A stretch of DNA of 24,000 bases from Acidisoma silvae (GCF_020618775.1 NZ_JAESVB010000029.1:1-24000); one strand, 5' to 3'. Shown: positions 16,242 to 23,651, counted from the stretch's first letter. Made by a program: numbers and translations. Notes: generated by a model not told the origin, from the sequence alone.

Positions 16242-17584
16242 GACATCTCTCCGGGTGGGTTTTGCGGGCGTCGCGATGCCGCGCGTCGTTGCAGCAGGTC
16301 GAGTAGCAGCAGGCCGGCTGCCGGCAGATAGATGAGCGAGGGCCAAAGGAAGCGATCATGCGGGATCGGCCCGATGATCAGCAGCAGAGGAGCGGTTGCG
16401 AGCCAGAGCAAGGCGGCAGAGGGTGCGACCACCGCCGGCAAAGCGAGCCACGCAAAATACCAATGATAATGCGCGCTCATGGCGACCATCGTAACGGCAG
16501 CGAGCATGCCGGCATCCTGGCACAGCCGCTGCGCGTCATTCTCGGGTGCGGCTCGGCGCAGGATTAAGACGGAAAGCAGCGTGAAGATCAGAACAGCCAC
16601 GAGCGCGTAGAGTTTGGACGCATAGGCGGGCAGGACGGTTAACTCAGCCAATCCCGCCAGCAGCCAGATGCCGGACCCGCTGTCGAGACCTTCTTCCGAT
16701 CCGTAGGTCGGGAGAAAGCCCAGGACATGCCGGCCTGCACTAATATAGACGGCATAAGCGGCGAGGATAACGGCGAGGCCGGCGAGGGTTGGGCGCCAGA
16801 ACCGTCCGCCGCGCAGCAAGGCAGGTGCCACGACAATGGGCAGAAACTTTGCCATCACGGCGCCGGCCAGTGCCGCACCGGCCCAGCCATTGCGGCGTTT
16901 TGCGCGTAGCAGCAGCGCCAGACCCACGAAACCGACAGCGATGGCATCGACATGCCCGTCACTCGCGAAAGACCACAGTGCCAACGGATTCCAGGCATAG
17001 ATCAAGATGCGTGCGCGAGGCAGGCCGGCCAGCGCCAGCAGCCAGAGCATGGACGCGATGCCCAAAGCCTCGCAGGCGAGCATCGCCAAACGAATCCCGG
17101 TCACGCCGTCCCACAGCCGTCCGGCAAGACCAAAGATCATTTCGGCAAAGGGCGGGTATATGGTGCGCGCATATTCCTTGCGGTTGATATGCGAATAGAC
17201 GGTGCCGTCACGCAAATCAGCGAGTTTGGGATCTGCCGGAATATAGCGATAGGGATTGATGTCATGGGCCTGCACCCGCCCGTCCCAGACATAGCGATAG
17301 ATATCGGTCGAGAGCATCGGCGGTGTGGTCAGCAGCGCAAGGCGTAGCAAGATCGCAACGCCAAGTACCAGCCATATGGTCTGCTTGGGCCAGTTTGCGC
17401 GCTGAATAAGAAGCACAGACCCGAAATAGACGGCTGCACTGATACCAAGAAGCGCCGCCAGCAGACCAAGCTTTGCGACATGGGCACCGCGTGCGATGGC
17501 CGGCGGGTCGATGCAGAGGCCTGCGACGGTCAGCGCCAGCAGCGTCACGCCAAGACCCGCAAGCACAAAAAGCCGTTTCGTCAT
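16220..17584 (-). CDS. Polytopic GT-C-type membrane glycosyltransferase (DUF2029 / GT87-like)
   Basis: 454 aa with 10 or more predicted TM helices. The first loop reads PPMLSTDIYRYVWDGRVQAHDINPYRYIP...RTIYPPFAEM, the D-x-Y/NPY loop typical of polyprenol-phosphate-sugar-dependent mannosyltransferase-like enzymes. ATGA overlap with the upstream gene at 17581-17584. Confidence 0.8.
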   Translation of the reverse strand: MTKRLFVLAGLGVTLLALTVAGLCIDPPAIARGAHVAKLGLLAALLGISAAVYFGSVLLIQRANWPKQTIWLVLGVAILLRLALLTTPPMLSTDIYRYVWDGRVQAHDINPYRYIPADPKLADLRDGTVYSHINRKEYARTIYPPFAEMIFGLAGRLWDGVTGIRLAMLACEALGIASMLWLLALAGLPRARILIYAWNPLALWSFASDGHVDAIAVGFVGLALLLRAKRRNGWAGAALAGAVMAKFLPIVVAPALLRGGRFWRPTLAGLAVILAAYAVYISAGRHVLGFLPTYGSEEGLDSGSGIWLLAGLAELTVLPAYASKLYALVAVLIFTLLSVLILRRAAPENDAQRLCQDAGMLAAVTMVAMSAHYHWYFAWLALPAVVAPSAALLWLATAPLLLIIGPIPHDRFLWPSLIYLPAAGLLLLDLLQRRAASRRPQNPPGEMSCPLPSR

Positions 17585-18354
17585 GCAGCGGAATCCTGGC
17601 GCAGATCATGCGCCAGACCCAGCTGCTCAATTGCCGTCCGCGTAAAGGGTGCCGCGTAGCCGCGTGTTTCCAGAAAAAGCTGACCCAGAGAGACGGCGTC
17701 ATCGACATCATACCAGGACGGCAGCTCTACGATTTCGAGACCAAGCTCAGCGGCCCGTGCGCGTGTGGCATCGGCGACGCTTTCCGTGCTCCAGGTGATG
17801 TCGCGGAACAGGCCGGCGTAAGGCGCGCGCATGCCCAGAAGATAGTAGCCTCCGTCATCGCAAGCCCCAAGAACAATGCGCTTGTCGTGCCCGTGTAAAA
17901 GAGTTTCTGCAGCGGCGACCAGAAATTCGGTCGGTAACGTCGGTGTGTCGGAGCTCAAAACACAGGCGGCGGTATGGCCTTGATCGAACTGGCCTTTGAT
18001 CGCCTGCCACAGCGAGCGGCCAAATCCTTCCACGCCAAATGGCGCGGGCAGCATCCCATCCGCCAGAATACAGGCGGTTTGCACCGCCAGATGCGGTAGC
18101 AGCTGGGCTTCGGTGCCGAGCGGCGCATAAGCCGCATAACTTGCGACAGGAACGGACCGCGACGCGGAAACGAGGTTTTCCGTCGTATCGCGCAGGAAGG
18201 CGGCACTGAGACCGGCTGCCTGATTATGCGTTAAAGGCGGACAAAGTCTGGTCTTGGAAAAGCCCGGCCTTGGCGTTTTCGCCATCACCGCTATGGCGCA
18301 GGCATTTTCCGAGGCACGTATTTCACTCGCTGTCATTTTCTGACCTTTTGACAT
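17581..18354 (-). CDS. DUF2064-family (TIGR04282-like) putative glycosyl/nucleotidyl transferase
   Basis: Family-like motifs are present: AIAVMAKTPRPGFSKTRLCPPL, VLSSDTPTLP, LGACDDGGYYLLGM, ITWSTESV and WYDVDD. The start is uncertain. Candidates are ATG 18354 (used here), ATG 18336, and TTG 18393. Confidence 0.8.
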   Translation of the reverse strand: MSKGQKMTASEIRASENACAIAVMAKTPRPGFSKTRLCPPLTHNQAAGLSAAFLRDTTENLVSASRSVPVASYAAYAPLGTEAQLLPHLAVQTACILADGMLPAPFGVEGFGRSLWQAIKGQFDQGHTAACVLSSDTPTLPTEFLVAAAETLLHGHDKRIVLGACDDGGYYLLGMRAPYAGLFRDITWSTESVADATRARAAELGLEIVELPSWYDVDDAVSLGQLFLETRGYAAPFTRTAIEQLGLAHDLRQDSAA

Positions 18355-18431
18355 TGCTCGCCGCGCGATCGTCTCGAGATCTATACGGGCCAAGTTCCGT
18401 CCGGTTACATGTTGGCACAGAAACGTGTGTG

Positions 18432-18896
18432 CTAATGCGACGGTTTCGCGAGACCGACTTTTAGGATCGTGTCATCGGCCACCGGTGTCGTGGCGTCAGG
18501 CGTGAACGTAGCAAAGGCCGCCAGTTGCTTGGGCGTATAGGCGACGACTTCCATCTCATCGCCAAGCAGGACCATGGCATCGATCGGCACGGCGATCAGC
18601 CGCCCGCCATAGCCATAGAAACCGCCAAAATTCATGACGACCGAGACATCACCTTGTGCGTTGCGAACGACCGATCGCACGCGCCCGAGGATGATCTGGC
18701 TTTCGACCGGCTGTAGAATAAGCCGATGTGCCAGATCGCCGGCGCGGACCGGCTGGGGAAAGCGCATGGCAGTCGATTCAGCCAAGCTCATGCCCGCAGG
18801 CGGCGGCATGCCGCCTGGCATCGGGCTTTGTGCGCAGGCGGGGGCTATGGCGAGCATAATTGCCGTGGCAACGACAATCGGAATGCTGTGCGGCAT
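18432..18896 (-). CDS. PRC-barrel domain protein, secreted
   Basis: The start is taken at MPHSIPIVVATAIMLAIAPACAQS (ATG 18896, 6 nt after the upstream stop). PRC-barrel-like core: ILGRVRSVVRNAQGDVSVVMNFGGFYGYGGRLIAVPID. The longer ORF-track start (18986) overlaps the upstream gene. Confidence 0.75.
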   Translation of the reverse strand: MPHSIPIVVATAIMLAIAPACAQSPMPGGMPPPAGMSLAESTAMRFPQPVRAGDLAHRLILQPVESQIILGRVRSVVRNAQGDVSVVMNFGGFYGYGGRLIAVPIDAMVLLGDEMEVVAYTPKQLAAFATFTPDATTPVADDTILKVGLAKPSH

Positions 18897-18901
18897 GGTA
18901 G

Positions 18902-19678
18902 TCACATTCCTGCGAACCATGGAAAGCCTTTGGATTCCCAGAAGCCCCCGGGATAGGTATTGGTTACTTCGATCGCCGTAATCCATTTTGGATTCTTATA
19001 GCCAAGCTTAACGGCGGTACGCAGACGCACGGGGAAGCCGAATGGGTCGGCCAATGGCTGCCCGCCATATTGCAGCGCCAGCACAGTCTGCGGATGTAGG
19101 GCTGCGGCCATATCGATACTGCTCGGATAATTATCCGCCGTCTGAAAGGCAACGTATTTGGCGCGGAGATCGGCGCCTGTCCGCTCCAGGAAGGTCCGCA
19201 GCGGCACGCCGGTCCATCCGCCGATATAGCTCCAGCCCTCGACGCAGATATGTTTGATGACGATGGAGCGTTGCGGCAGTGCTTGCAGATCCTGCAAGGT
19301 CCAGGGCCGCTTGTTTTGAATCAATCCCCCCAGTTCCAGTTTCCAAGTCGCGCCGTTGACCGGTTTGACATCCGTGACATCGTAATAGGCGTTGAATTTC
19401 GGTGGCCGCAGAATCATCGACGCCGGATAGGTCGGTGCGAGCTTGTTGGCATCGAACAGCAGGGCCTGGACACGGTCGTTAAGGTTGGAGATGGCAAGAA
19501 GCGCTTCTTCCACCGCTTCAGGGCGCTTCACGTCGCAGCCGGTCAGCATCACCAGCGAACCAAGGGTAAGCCCGGCGCGCAACAGCCCGCGCCGCTCCAG
19601 CGTTCGGATCAGCGTGCGGTGCATGTCCAGCACCGAGGCGTCTGGCGCATCATCTGGGCGAAAGGGTGATTTCGTCAT
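18902..19678 (-). CDS. Molybdopterin-dependent oxidoreductase (YedY/MsrP- or sulfite-oxidase-fold catalytic subunit), probable TAT lipoprotein
   Basis: The RR-type signal followed by a lipobox reads LERRGLLRAGLTLGSLVMLTGC. The Mo-domain motifs are HICVEGWSYIGGWTGVPL and FPVRLRTAVKLGYKNPKWI. ATGA overlap with the cytochrome b stop at 19675-19678. Confidence 0.85.
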   Translation of the reverse strand: MTKSPFRPDDAPDASVLDMHRTLIRTLERRGLLRAGLTLGSLVMLTGCDVKRPEAVEEALLAISNLNDRVQALLFDANKLAPTYPASMILRPPKFNAYYDVTDVKPVNGATWKLELGGLIQNKRPWTLQDLQALPQRSIVIKHICVEGWSYIGGWTGVPLRTFLERTGADLRAKYVAFQTADNYPSSIDMAAALHPQTVLALQYGGQPLADPFGFPVRLRTAVKLGYKNPKWITAIEVTNTYPGGFWESKGFPWFAGM

Positions 19679-20328
19679 TTCGATGCGCCTTGCGGTGAGC
19701 GTCTCTTTTCAAGACGGGGCCCGCCGGCGAGCATGGCCCAGATGGTCTTTGGCACGAGTACTGCAAGGAGAACGTGGACGATAACGAAGCCGACGATGAC
19801 GACCATGCCCGCGAAATGAAAGACGCGGACCGATTGAAAGCCACCGAACAGACTGACCAGGCTGGAGAATTGCACCGGCTTCCACAGCGCCAATCCAGTC
19901 AAGGCCTGATTGATGGAGGCGAGGATGACGAGGATGTACAGCAGCTTTTGCACCGCGTTATAAACGGTGAGGTCTTCGTGCGCGATTTTGAAGTGCAGTG
20001 TCTCGACGACAGTTTTGACGACATCGCGCGGGCGGATGGGCAACAGCCTTTCCCGCAAGCGGCCGGTCGCTACTCCATAGGTAAGATAGATCAGGCCGTT
20101 TATGCCAAAAAACCACATGCCAGCGAAATGCCAGTTCACGCTCCAGGCTGCCCATTCGCCCAGGCGCAAGTAGCCTGGAAAATGCAGCCCGTTGATGATG
20201 ACATCGTCATTATAGATGCCCCAGCCGGACGTGATCATGACCATCATCGCGGCTGCATTGATCCAATGCATGACCCTGATGGCTAAGGGGTGAAGGCGGC
20301 GATCTTTCGGTGATCGTTCTTTCTTCAT
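19675..20328 (-). CDS. Cytochrome b-type membrane subunit (Ni/Fe-hydrogenase/PhsC cytochrome b family)
   Basis: 217 aa with 4-5 TM helices. Conserved His positions occur in RVMHWINAAAMM, WHFAGMWFF and FHFAGMVVIVGFVIVHV. GAGGA lies 9 nt upstream of the ATG. It is paired with the Mo-oxidoreductase gene. Confidence 0.85.
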   Translation of the reverse strand: MKKERSPKDRRLHPLAIRVMHWINAAAMMVMITSGWGIYNDDVIINGLHFPGYLRLGEWAAWSVNWHFAGMWFFGINGLIYLTYGVATGRLRERLLPIRPRDVVKTVVETLHFKIAHEDLTVYNAVQKLLYILVILASINQALTGLALWKPVQFSSLVSLFGGFQSVRVFHFAGMVVIVGFVIVHVLLAVLVPKTIWAMLAGGPRLEKRRSPQGASK

Positions 20329-20933
20329 GGTGTTCGATCCTCAGCGTTAAGCAGCCTGGGTGGAACAAAAATAAGACTTAACAGAAAGGACGAAATTTTA
20401 TTAAAAAGAATAATAACGTGACGGGCACGCTACCGGCATCAAGTGCAAGATGCGCGGAGGACTGCAACGTATTTCATGGAAGCGACATAACAGTAGCAAA
20501 GTTAGTGCGCAGTCCGATCTGTTATTGATTACGGGCAACGGGTTGCGTCAGGCAAACGCCATCTATCCGGCCTTGGTTAGAGCTATAGACAGCAGACAGA
20601 AAATATCATTCTGCATCATAAAACCTCACTGAACTCTATTGTCATACGACGCAGACACCAGCCTCGCTGACACACTTGGCATTTGCCTCTCTATTCGAAG
20701 CCTGACCAACTGCGGTTACAGCACTAACCATATAAATTTACATTCGCTAGAATAATTGGCCGAATCTCAAATGGAGCGATGCTTTGTTCGATTTGAACAT
20801 CCATAGGCTTTACATGCTGAAAAATATCATCGCTCTACTGGTCGGTGCGTTTCGCGAGGTCAGCGAGAGCATTTGAGCGCCCGCAAGGTTAAAATCGATT
20901 GGCGACATGCAGAGATCGATACGGTATTGTCTT

Positions 20934-21151
20934 TCACTCAATGACTGCCACCTGGTCCATTTGGCCAGTTAATATTGCCGTGGCTGTAGCCAATGCGAAC
21001 GTGGCGGCTCCTAGCCAAATTGAACTATGAAGACCAGCATGGGTTACTAAAATGTCCCCAGCCAGGGCGGCAGAGGTTATGAAAAGCTGAAACACACTTG
21101 TATTGATAGCCTGAGCGGCCTCGCGGGTGGCGCTCAAAAGCCATATAGCTA
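20934..21151 (-). pseudogene. 3' fragment of a membrane transporter gene (MFS-like) interrupted by the IS5-family element
   Basis: The frame is open from the IS junction: ..AIWLLSATREAAQAINTSVFQLFITSAALAGDILVTHAGLHSSIWLGAATFALATATAIL. This resembles the last two helices of DHA-type MFS proteins. There is no plausible start or RBS of its own. Confidence 0.5.
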
Positions 21152-21158
21152 GAGCATG

Positions 21159-21884
21159 TCATGCACCTTGCATGAGATTTGCGGCTTGTTTGAGCATGTA
21201 GCCGACGAACGCGACAACCCATCGCCTGGGTAGGAGAACGAAGCCTCGTTTGGCCTCGGGCAGTTTAACGACCTCTAGCCTGATGCCTTCCGCCGCGGCG
21301 GCGTTTGCGACTGTCTCGCCCGTATAGCTCTGATCGACATAGGCAACAGACACTGCATCACCAGTAGCGTCCTGGATATCGGCAGCCAGGCGGGCGACAG
21401 CCTCACGGTCGCCGACATCGGCTGCCGTCACATGCAAAGCGAGCAGGTGGCCGAGCGTATCGACCGCCAGATGAACCTTAGATCCACGCTTCCGCTTGGC
21501 ACCGTCATAGCCGGCGCGAGTGCCACTTTCAGGCGTGGAGCGCAGAGTGCGGCTGTCCATGATCGCGGCCGTCGGCTCCGCCTGGCGTCCTGCGGCTAAA
21601 CGGAGGACAGCGCGCAAATCCTGCGCCAGGGTCTCGAAACATCCCGCTGCCAACCACCGGTGGGCCTGCTGGTGGACCGCATGCCAAGGCGGGAGGTCGT
21701 TCGGCATGGCACGCCAAGCTATACCGTAACGGATCACATACCGCAGGGCGTTGAACAGTTCGCGCAGCGGATACTCCCGCTGGGGCGCATCTTCCTTCAT
21801 CAAGGTCAGATACCCGACCACAAGCGACCACTCTTCGTCACTGACATCAGATGGATATGGCTTGCGGGTGCGGGCATTCCTCAT
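21159..21884 (-). CDS. IS5-family transposase (DUF4096-type N-terminus plus DDE domain), in-frame internal deletion near the C-terminus
   Basis: The N-terminus reads KPYPSDVSDEEWSLVVGYL. The DDE region reads AAIMDSRTLRST...VHLAVDTLGHLL...VDQSYTG. The sequence jumps from LPRRWVV directly to AFVGYMLKQAANLMQGA, where family members normally have ERSFAW...DYER...LAGLH (about 30 aa, containing the catalytic Glu). Confidence 0.85.
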   Translation of the reverse strand: MRNARTRKPYPSDVSDEEWSLVVGYLTLMKEDAPQREYPLRELFNALRYVIRYGIAWRAMPNDLPPWHAVHQQAHRWLAAGCFETLAQDLRAVLRLAAGRQAEPTAAIMDSRTLRSTPESGTRAGYDGAKRKRGSKVHLAVDTLGHLLALHVTAADVGDREAVARLAADIQDATGDAVSVAYVDQSYTGETVANAAAAEGIRLEVVKLPEAKRGFVLLPRRWVVAFVGYMLKQAANLMQGA

Positions 21885-21890
21885 GCCCTA

Positions 21891-21929
21891 CAATTACGAC
21901 ATGGCCAACGAAAAGTACATGACACGCTC
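21891..21929 (-). repeat. 39-bp sequence identical to 299-337 (transposase-proximal IS end)
   Basis: Exact match read directly from the sequence. Flanking bases differ on both sides (298 c vs 21890 a; 338 a vs 21930 t). Confidence 0.95.
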
Positions 21930-21931
21930 TA

Positions 21932-22140
21932 GGTAGCGACGGGGGCCAAGGCCCCTATCATTGTGCTGACGCAGACGGCAGCAATATAATTGGCAAAGCC
22001 TGCCAGAGTCGACACCGATAGCAGCATGATGAAGGCGGTTACCACAACCGTTCGGCGTGGGTTTTGTTCCGCCCAAAAGCCCCAAAGGAAATTTCCTCCA
22101 GCGGCCTGTCCAACGTCAGCGCCCATTGGACAGAAAAGGT
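21932..22140 (-). pseudogene. Internal fragment of the same or a similar membrane transporter gene, bounded by the IS5 copy and the IS3 remnant
   Basis: Hydrophobic frame ..GADVGQAAGGNFLWGFWAEQNPRRTVVVTAFIMLLSVSTLAGFANYIAAVCVSTMIGALAPVAT, with a loop RR followed by TM helices, as in MFS proteins. It is cut at both ends by IS DNA. Confidence 0.45.
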
Positions 22141-22186
22141 TGATTGAATAGAGGAGGATTTCTGGCTCATCGTAACCGTAAGGGAA

Positions 22187-22567
22187 GTGAAGAAGAGCCA
22201 GAAATCCTCAGGCGAAGCGAGTACCAGTCAGCAGGTCATCCGCGACATCCGGCGCGCCACACGACGGCATTATTCGGCTGAAGAGAAGATCCGGATCGTG
22301 CTGGACGGGCTGCGCGGCGAGAACAGCATCGCGGAGCTCTGTCGGCGCGAGGCTATCGCCGAAAGCCTCTATTATTCCTGGTCAAAAGACTTCCTGGAAG
22401 CTGGGAAGAAGCGCCTGGCGGGCGACACGGCGCGGAATGCTGCAACGGACGAGGTTCGCCGCCTGCGTGATGAGGCCCGCGCCCTGAAGGAGGTTGTCGC
22501 GGAACAGGCCCTCGACCTGCGCCTGATTAAAAAAAGCATAGTCGGGGATGGGGAAGACCCCGCATGA
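22187..22567 (+). CDS. IS3-family transposase OrfA
   Basis: GTG start. RRHYSAEEKIRIVLDGLRGENSIAELCRREAIAESLYYSWSKDFLEAGKKRLAGDTAR...LKEVVAEQALDLRLIKKS is the HTH plus coiled-coil pattern typical of this IS3 subgroup. Confidence 0.85.
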   Translation: MKKSQKSSGEASTSQQVIRDIRRATRRHYSAEEKIRIVLDGLRGENSIAELCRREAIAESLYYSWSKDFLEAGKKRLAGDTARNAATDEVRRLRDEARALKEVVAEQALDLRLIKKSIVGDGEDPA

Positions 22568-23260
22568 GATACAAAGCCGCAGAAAAGCTGGAGATCATCC
22601 GGCTGGTCGAGGGATCGGTACTACCTGTGAAGCAGATCCTGGGCGAAGATCGGCCTACGCCGCTCGACCTTTCGTCGATGGTGCGAGCTTTACCGGACGG
22701 GCGGCCCGGAGACGCTGGCTGAGCGGCCGTCAGCGCCTGACCGGATCTGGAACCGCATCCCGGACGATATCAGGGCCAGGATCATCGATCTGGCGCTGGA
22801 GGCGCCTGAACTTTCCCCGCGCGAGATTGCCGAGCTGTCCACGGATGAGGAGCGCTATTTGTCTCGGATTCCACGGTTTACCGGCTTCTCAAGGCGCACA
22901 ATCTGAGTACCCGCCCGAAATTCATCGTCATCAAGGCGGCCGACAGCTTCCACACGAAAACCACGGCGCCCAATCAGCTTTGGCAGACGGATTTCACCTA
23001 TCTGAAGGTTATCGGCTGGGGTTGGGCCTATCTCTCGACCGTCCTGAACGATTATTCCTGCTATATCGTTGCTTGGAAGTTGTGCATCACGATGGCAGTC
23101 CGCGATGTCACGGAGACGCTGAACATGGCCCGGCAGGCGTCAGGGCTGCACAATGCCGCTATTCATCACAGACCAAGGCTGCTGTCTGACAATGGCCCGA
23201 GTTATGTCGCCGAGGACTTGGCAAAATGGCTCGGCAGCCACGGTATGGATCATATCAGTG
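22564..23260 (+). pseudogene. IS3-family transposase OrfB (rve integrase core), at least 2 frameshifts and truncated
   Basis: Homologous segments lie in three different frames. The first is MRYKAAEKLEIIRLVEGS... The second is AKIGLRRSTFRRWCELYRTGGPETLAERPSAPDRIWNRIPDDIRARIIDLALEAPELSPREIA. The third is STVYRLLKAHNL...APNQLWQTDFTYLKVIGWGWAYLSTVLNDYSCYIVAWKL...RPRLLSDNGPSYVA..GMDHI. The expected ...YHPQTQGKIERWH continuation is missing. Confidence 0.8.
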
Positions 23261-23608
23261 GACCTCCTTCCCCTCACTGTCGCAGCACTGGGCGCGAAAT
23301 GGGTTTGTCAGATAGCGGGCCGCTTTCCAATCTTTGCTGTCCCGCTTCTCTTGCTTCCGTGTCTATTAGCTGGCCTGTTTCAGGCTAATTATATTTAGCC
23401 GCCGGACGACGGTAATCCTGCCGACATCCAGCGCGGGATCATGAATATGGCCGGCATGAATTTGCCGATGTTAATTGCGTTTTGGCTTTGGGACCGACGC
23501 CTGAAGCAGATAGACCTCATAGCAGAAGATGGCGTGGCATTTGGTCTAGACGATTGGGTATAAAACTTTTTTGCGCTGCATCGATCCCTGAGAAAAATTG
23601 CTAGTCTC

Positions 23609-23645
23609 ATAAAAAATGCGGACCGGCCGGATTCGACCAGTCCGC
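23609..23645 (-). terminator. Rho-independent terminator of the solute-binding protein gene
   Basis: It starts 7 nt after the stop (23652-23654). On the minus strand, GCGGACTGG-loop-CCGGTCCGC (a 9-bp stem with one mismatch and a 10-nt loop) is followed by ATTTTTTAT. Confidence 0.55.
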
Positions 23646-23651
23646 AAGAAC

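Larger units (their letters stand above)
21152..21929 (-). mobile_element. IS5-family (IS1031/IS427-like) insertion sequence, 778 bp, with internally deleted transposase gene
   Basis: Imperfect terminal inverted repeats match at 18 of the first 25 positions: GAGCATGTCATGCACCTTGCATGAG (21152-) versus the reverse complement of the right end, GAGCGTGTCATGTACTTTTCGTTGG. CTAG is present at both junctions (21149-21152 and 21929-21932), so the target duplication is 2-4 bp (TA to CTAG) and the exact ends are ambiguous by 1-2 nt. Confidence 0.85.
22141..23260 (+). mobile_element. Decayed IS3-family element (intact orfA, frameshifted and 3'-truncated orfB)
   Basis: TG-initiated left end at about 22141 (TGATTGAATAGAGGAGG...). 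orfA and orfB are in the ATGA-overlapping arrangement. Similarity to IS3 integrase-core proteins stops abruptly at about 23258, and no right inverted repeat was seen. Confidence 0.75.

Noticed and set aside
15378-16331. 317-aa + strand ORF, the longest unannotated ORF in the track
   Set aside because: It lies entirely antisense to the radical SAM gene, whose motifs are unambiguous. The Arg/Ala/Gly-rich, low-complexity translation is typical of shadow ORFs in high-GC DNA.
299-21929. Interpretation of the IS5-bracketed interval as an active composite transposon
   Set aside because: The left copy is disrupted by IS3 and the right copy lacks the catalytic-Glu segment. The right copy also has its own CTAG junction duplication inside a transporter gene, so it is an independent simple insertion. 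The far end of the left copy is outside the window.
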